Below, piece by piece: positions 54,765 to 64,000 of a DNA stretch of 64,000 nucleotides (within the stretch, counting starts at the first letter, position 1; each line of letters starts with the position of its first letter). The position numbers and the translations under genes are program-made. This DNA is from Dictyostelium discoideum (lineage: Eukaryota). The notes below the pieces were generated by a model that worked only from the letters and a program-made list of their open reading frames with translations, was not told where the DNA came from and ran no database searches. Location: positions 1,600,001 to 1,664,000 of the forward strand of contig CM000151.3 in assembly GCA_000004695.1 (NCBI GenBank), read 5' to 3'.

Positions 54765-55024
54765 GAATTTTTTTTTTTTTTTTTTTTTTTTTTTTGTTGA
54801 TTTTTTTTTTTTTTTTAGTGGTGTATTTGTAAATTAAAAACAACAATAATAATTAATTATATATTAACATTAAATCAATATTCAAAAAGGCATTATAAAT
54901 AAAATCGATTTTATTTTATTTTTTCCCTTTTTTGTACAATAACAATTATCAATAACGCAAAAAAAAAAAAAAAAAACAAACAGATCATAAAAAAACAAAC
55001 AAACAAACAAATACATAAAACAAA

Positions 55025-55264
55025 ATGAGTAACGCACTTCCACTTGATGAATGGGTAGAGACTGCACGTCAATGCAAATATTTACCAGAAAATGATTTAA
55101 AGAAACTTTGTGAAAGAGTTAAGGAACTTTTATTAGAAGAATCAAATGTACAACCAGTTAGAAGTCCAGTTACCATTTGTGGTGATATTCACGGTCAATT
55201 TTATGATTTATTAGAATTATTCAAAACCGGTGGTGAAGTACCAGATACAAACTATGTTTTCATG
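55025..55264 (+). CDS. ppp6c: Protein phosphatase 6 catalytic subunit (PP6c/Sit4-type) exon 1
   Basis: …[49 protein letters not shown]…NYVFM then GTAAGT. The N-terminal [10 protein letters not shown](K/R)LC motif is PP6-specific rather than PP2A/PP4. Confidence 0.85.
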
Positions 55265-55308
55265 GTAAGTTGTTTTTTTTTTTTTTTAATGTGTAGGATC
55301 GATTACTA

Positions 55309-55360
<52 letters not shown>

Positions 55361-55396
55361 TCTTTTTTTTTTTTTTCTTTCTTCTCCTTTAAATAG

Positions 55397-55618
55397 GGTG
55401 ATTTTGTCGATAGAGGATATTACAGTTTAGAAACATTTACATATTTACTTGCACTCAAAGCTAGATACCCAGATAAAATTACATTATTAAGAGGAAATCA
55501 TGAAAGTAGACAAATCACACAAGTTTATGGTTTTTATGATGAATGCCAACAAAAATATGGTAATGTAAATGCTTGGAAATATTGTACAAGTGTTTTCGAT
55601 TTCTTAACTTTAGCTGCT
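55397..55618 (+). CDS. ppp6c: PP6 catalytic subunit exon 2 ([50 protein letters not shown]…)
   Basis: AATAG acceptor, GTAGGT donor, phase 0. Confidence 0.8.
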
Positions 55619-55666
55619 GTAGGTTTTTTTTAAAAAAATAATTTCTATTTTTAATAATTTCTATTT

Positions 55667-55697
<31 letters not shown>

Positions 55698-55780
55698 TAA
55701 CTTTTTTAAATCTAACTTTTTTATTTTTTTATTTTTTATTTTTTTTTTTATTATTATTTATTTAAAATTTCTACCTTTAG

Positions 55781-56236
55781 ATTATTGATGGTAAAGTACT
55801 TTGTGTTCATGGTGGTTTATCACCAAAAGTACGTACTTTGGATCAAATTAGAATTATTTCAAGAAATTTAGAGATTCCACATGAAGGTCCATTCTGTGAT
55901 TTAATGTGGTCAGATCCAGAAGATATTGAACAATGGCAACCATCACCAAGAGGTGCAGGTTGGTTATTCGGAAGTAAAGTCACTGCAGAGTTTGAACATA
56001 TCAATGGTCTTAACCTCATTTGTCGTGCTCATCAATTGGTACAAGAAGGTTATAGATATATGTTTGATAATAGTTTAGTCACTGTTTGGTCTGCTCCAAA
56101 CTATTGTTATAGATGTGGTAATGTCGCTTCCATCCTTTCACTCAATGAAAACTTGGATAGAGATTTCAAAATTTTCCAAGCCGTTCAAGAAGAAAGAAAT
56201 ATACCAACTCGTCCAACTATGCAATATTTCTTTTAA
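55781..56236 (+). CDS. ppp6c: PP6 catalytic subunit exon 3 (…CVHGGLSP…WSDP…GAGWLFG…LICRAHQLV…YCYRCGN…YFF*)
   Basis: TTTAG acceptor. In frame with ORF 55838..56236. Total 305 aa. Confidence 0.85.
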   Translation: MIDGKVLCVHGGLSPKVRTLDQIRIISRNLEIPHEGPFCDLMWSDPEDIEQWQPSPRGAGWLFGSKVTAEFEHINGLNLICRAHQLVQEGYRYMFDNSLVTVWSAPNYCYRCGNVASILSLNENLDRDFKIFQAVQEERNIPTRPTMQYFF

Positions 56237-56255
56237 ATTATTAATTTTATTCATC

Positions 56256-56293
<38 letters not shown>

Positions 56294-56405
56294 AATAACT
56301 TGTCATCAACATTATAACAATACTCATCATCACCACCAAACAAACAATATCTTTATTTTTATATCCCCCCTTTTTTTAGAAGAAAAAAGTAATATTAAGT
56401 TTTTG

Positions 56406-56442
<37 letters not shown>

Positions 56443-56496
56443 AAATATTTATATTAAAAAAATAATAATAATAATAATAGTAATAGGTATTTTTTC

Positions 56497-56730
56497 CTAA
56501 ATATGGTTTATATATTTTTTTACAGCAAAGAATACAATAAAGAGTGTTGATACTATTATTAATACTAATTTTGGAATTTCAGGTGGTACTCCTATAGTTT
56601 CAGTATCCATAATGAGATCAAAACTTTGATATTTATAACCATCATTTTTTACAAATGATGGTGTGATTGCTAAATTAATTGCATCAATCATAATAATTGA
56701 GCATGGATTATGTTTAATTCTATTAAGTTC
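56497..56730 (-). CDS. Small type-I membrane protein gene, exon 3 (…IGVPPEIPK-LVLIIVSTLFIVFFAV-KKYINHI*)
   Basis: ORF 56497..56757, trimmed to an AG acceptor. Contains the C-terminal TM helix. Confidence 0.45.
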   Translation of the reverse strand, partial: ELNRIKHNPCSIIMIDAINLAITPSFVKNDGYKYQSFDLIMDTETIGVPPEIPKLVLIIVSTLFIVFFAVKKYINHI

Positions 56731-56787
56731 ATATGATTCCTTTTTTTTTTCCCCCAAATGTATAAATAATTTAAAAAAAACAATAAA

Positions 56788-56832
<45 letters not shown>

Positions 56833-56890
56833 AATATATATATATATATATATTGATGATAGTATAAAACAATATTAATAATTTACATAC

Positions 56891-57049
56891 TATAACATAA
56901 GAACTGGAATCAGTCTTAAATTTAATAATTTCAGTATTTAAAAGGTCTCTTGATTTTGGTTTTTCATCTTCATTCAATTTGAATTTATTTAAAACCTCTG
57001 TAGTTATTAAAGGGTTATCAAAAAATTTGATTCTATAATCTGTTGGGCT
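56891..57049 (-). CDS. Small type-I membrane protein gene, exon 2
   Basis: AAAAG acceptor and GTATGT donor. The intron to exon 3 contains (TA)n. Confidence 0.45.
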
Positions 57050-57113
57050 CTTTTATAAATTTAAATTTAAGATTTTTAGTAAAATGGTTTGAGTTTTTTT
57101 GGATTTGTTTGAA

Positions 57114-57152
<39 letters not shown>

Positions 57153-57156
57153 ATAC

Positions 57157-57229
57157 TGTTGCTGGGTATGATATTCTTAATGCATATTGAGTATTTGGTT
57201 TAAGATCTTTTAATAAAAAATATAAAGTA

Positions 57230-57273
<44 letters not shown>

Positions 57274-57507
57274 GTTTTTACTACTAAATTGTTCTGGTAT
57301 TGATTTTATAACAACATCTCTCAAACCACCAAGGTCAGGTTTTAATAAAGTAACTTTTTCAGATACTGATTTAGGAATATATGTAAAACATGAATCTTTT
57401 GAATTTATTTTGCTTTGATCCTGTAAAGCATTTAAAAATTTACAATTAACTATAATAAAAAATGTAATAAGAATATTTTTCAAAATTTGTTTATTATTGA
57501 CCATCAT
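57157..57507 (-). CDS. Small type-I membrane protein gene, exon 1 (signal peptide MMVNNKQILKNILITFFIIVNCKFLNA…, poly-Asn)
   Basis: ORF 57076..57507, trimmed at a GTATGT donor. The read-through produces an artefactual poly-Phe tail. Confidence 0.5.
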
Positions 57508-57533
57508 GAAATAAAATTTGGGTGTCTTAAATG

Positions 57534-57569
<36 letters not shown>

Positions 57570-57803
57570 AATTTTTTATTCAACTTTGAGAAAAGTTTTG
57601 TTGAGCAAGTAACAATGCTTTCAGTTTATAAAAATGATTTAGAAAAAATAAAATAAAATAAAATAAAATAAAAATAAAAATGAAAATGAAAAAAAAAAAA
57701 ATTTAAATAATAATAATAATAATAAAAAATATTTTAAAATGAACATATTAATGTTTTTGATGATTTTCCCATCATTCAAAGATTTTTTGGAACAAAAATG
57801 CCA

Positions 57804-57860
<57 letters not shown>

Positions 57861-58417
57861 GTTTTTTTTTTTTTTTTTTTTTTCAATGTTTTTTTTTTTA
57901 ATTTTATTTTTAGACATTGTATTGTTTTTTTTTTTTTTTTTTCAAAAACCACACACACACACACAATCAACGTTGTCAAAAAAAAAAAAAAAATAAAAAT
58001 AAAATAAAATAAAAAAATAAAATATTTATTTTATTTAAATCATAATATTAATTAAACCACACTAAATATAGCATTTCATTTATTTATAATTTTTTTTTTT
58101 TATTGTATTGAAATTTTTTTATTTTTTTTTATTTTCACTCGCAACAAAAGACATTATATGAAATAACATTTACTTTTTTTTTTTTATTTATTTATTTAAA
58201 ATAATTTATATTTTAGAATATAAATTAAAAATAAAAAAAATTATAGTCCCTAGATTTAGTTATTATAATTATTTATATGTACCTTAAAAAAAAAGGAAAG
58301 AATAATTATAATTTCTATAAAAATAGTAAAAACTATATTGTAATAATAAAATAATAATAGTAATAACAGTAATAATAATAAAAATTAAATAATAAAAAAA
58401 AAAAAAAAAAAAAAAAA

Positions 58418-58619
58418 ATGTCAACTGGATTATTAAATAAAGTAATTTCATCTATTTTTCTTGGTGGATCAACTTACTGTCATTGGGTTGGAGAAAAGAT
58501 TAAAATGTTTTCATCAATAATAGGGGATAGTTTAAATGAAAGAGTTGAAATAATTAAATTATTTGAATATTCTTCACTCGAATTTGAAAAGCAAGATACT
58601 TTAGAAGCTATTAAAAAGG
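58418..58619 (+). CDS. CLU-domain/TPR protein exon 1
   Basis: ATG ORF 58418..58663. A GTAATT donor after AAAAAGG (phase 1) joins in frame to the 58685..63847 ORF through a 90-nt AT-rich intron. Confidence 0.5.
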
Positions 58620-58709
58620 GTAATTTAGATTCTATTTTATTTATCATACATTTAAATTTTTAACATTAATATTAACATATATGTATGTGGTTTTTAATCT
58701 CAATTTTAG

Positions 58710-63847
<5,138 letters not shown>

Positions 63848-64000
63848 ATAATAAAAGTTGTTTTTTTTTTTTCATTAATAAAAACATTTAAATTTGACAA
63901 ACATATAATTGACTTAAATCTTTTTTTTTTTTTTATTATTAATTATTTATTTTTTTATCTTTTTTTTTTTTTTTTTAAAAAATAATTGGTAAATTTTAAA

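Overview
This window is AT-rich (about 75-80% A+T) eukaryotic nuclear DNA with the signatures of Dictyostelium discoideum: long A/T homopolymers, abundant (AAT)n microsatellites, short AT-rich introns with GTAAGT...AG boundaries, and poly-N/poly-Q/poly-T coding tracts. I see about 20 protein-coding genes; most are multi-exon, and their splice sites were resolved by eye. Splice coordinates may be off by 1-2 nt. The first-M coordinates in the supplied ORF track are often alternative start codons (TTG/GTG), not ATG. Plus-strand genes: a family-3 GABA-B-like GPCR (Grl type, N-terminal BMP/PnrA-like domain + 7TM); two paralogous FG/SLFG-repeat nucleoporin-like genes; a HEAT-repeat (HEATR6-like) gene; a SPRY + UBZ-type zinc finger + RING-H2 gene; the PP6 phosphatase catalytic subunit; and a CLU-domain/TPR protein. 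Minus-strand genes: a conventional 376-aa actin; an m-AAA FtsH protease; an LRR + EGF-repeat type-I membrane protein; a TRAF-like RING/TRAF-ZnF/MATH protein; Sar1; and Arp2. Mobile DNA: a Tc1-like DD34E transposase flanked by a roughly 30-bp minisatellite, and a full-length 5.27-kb non-LTR retrotransposon (ORF1 + APE/RT/zinc-knuckle ORF2, poly(A) tail). The retrotransposon sits inside a tRNA gene with a perfect 12-bp target-site duplication. The reconstructed empty site is an intron-containing tRNA (anticodon UGU) with a T6 terminator and a downstream ex-B box. There is also a 1.8-kb foldback-type element with roughly 230-bp terminal inverted repeats built from hairpin subrepeats. It abuts a HAP2/GCS1-like ORF that carries an in-frame stop codon, so that ORF is a likely pseudogene. 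An actin pseudogene (frameshifts + premature stop) and a third actin 3' fragment lie upstream of the intact actin gene. There are no CRISPR arrays, rRNA genes or prokaryotic-type operons.
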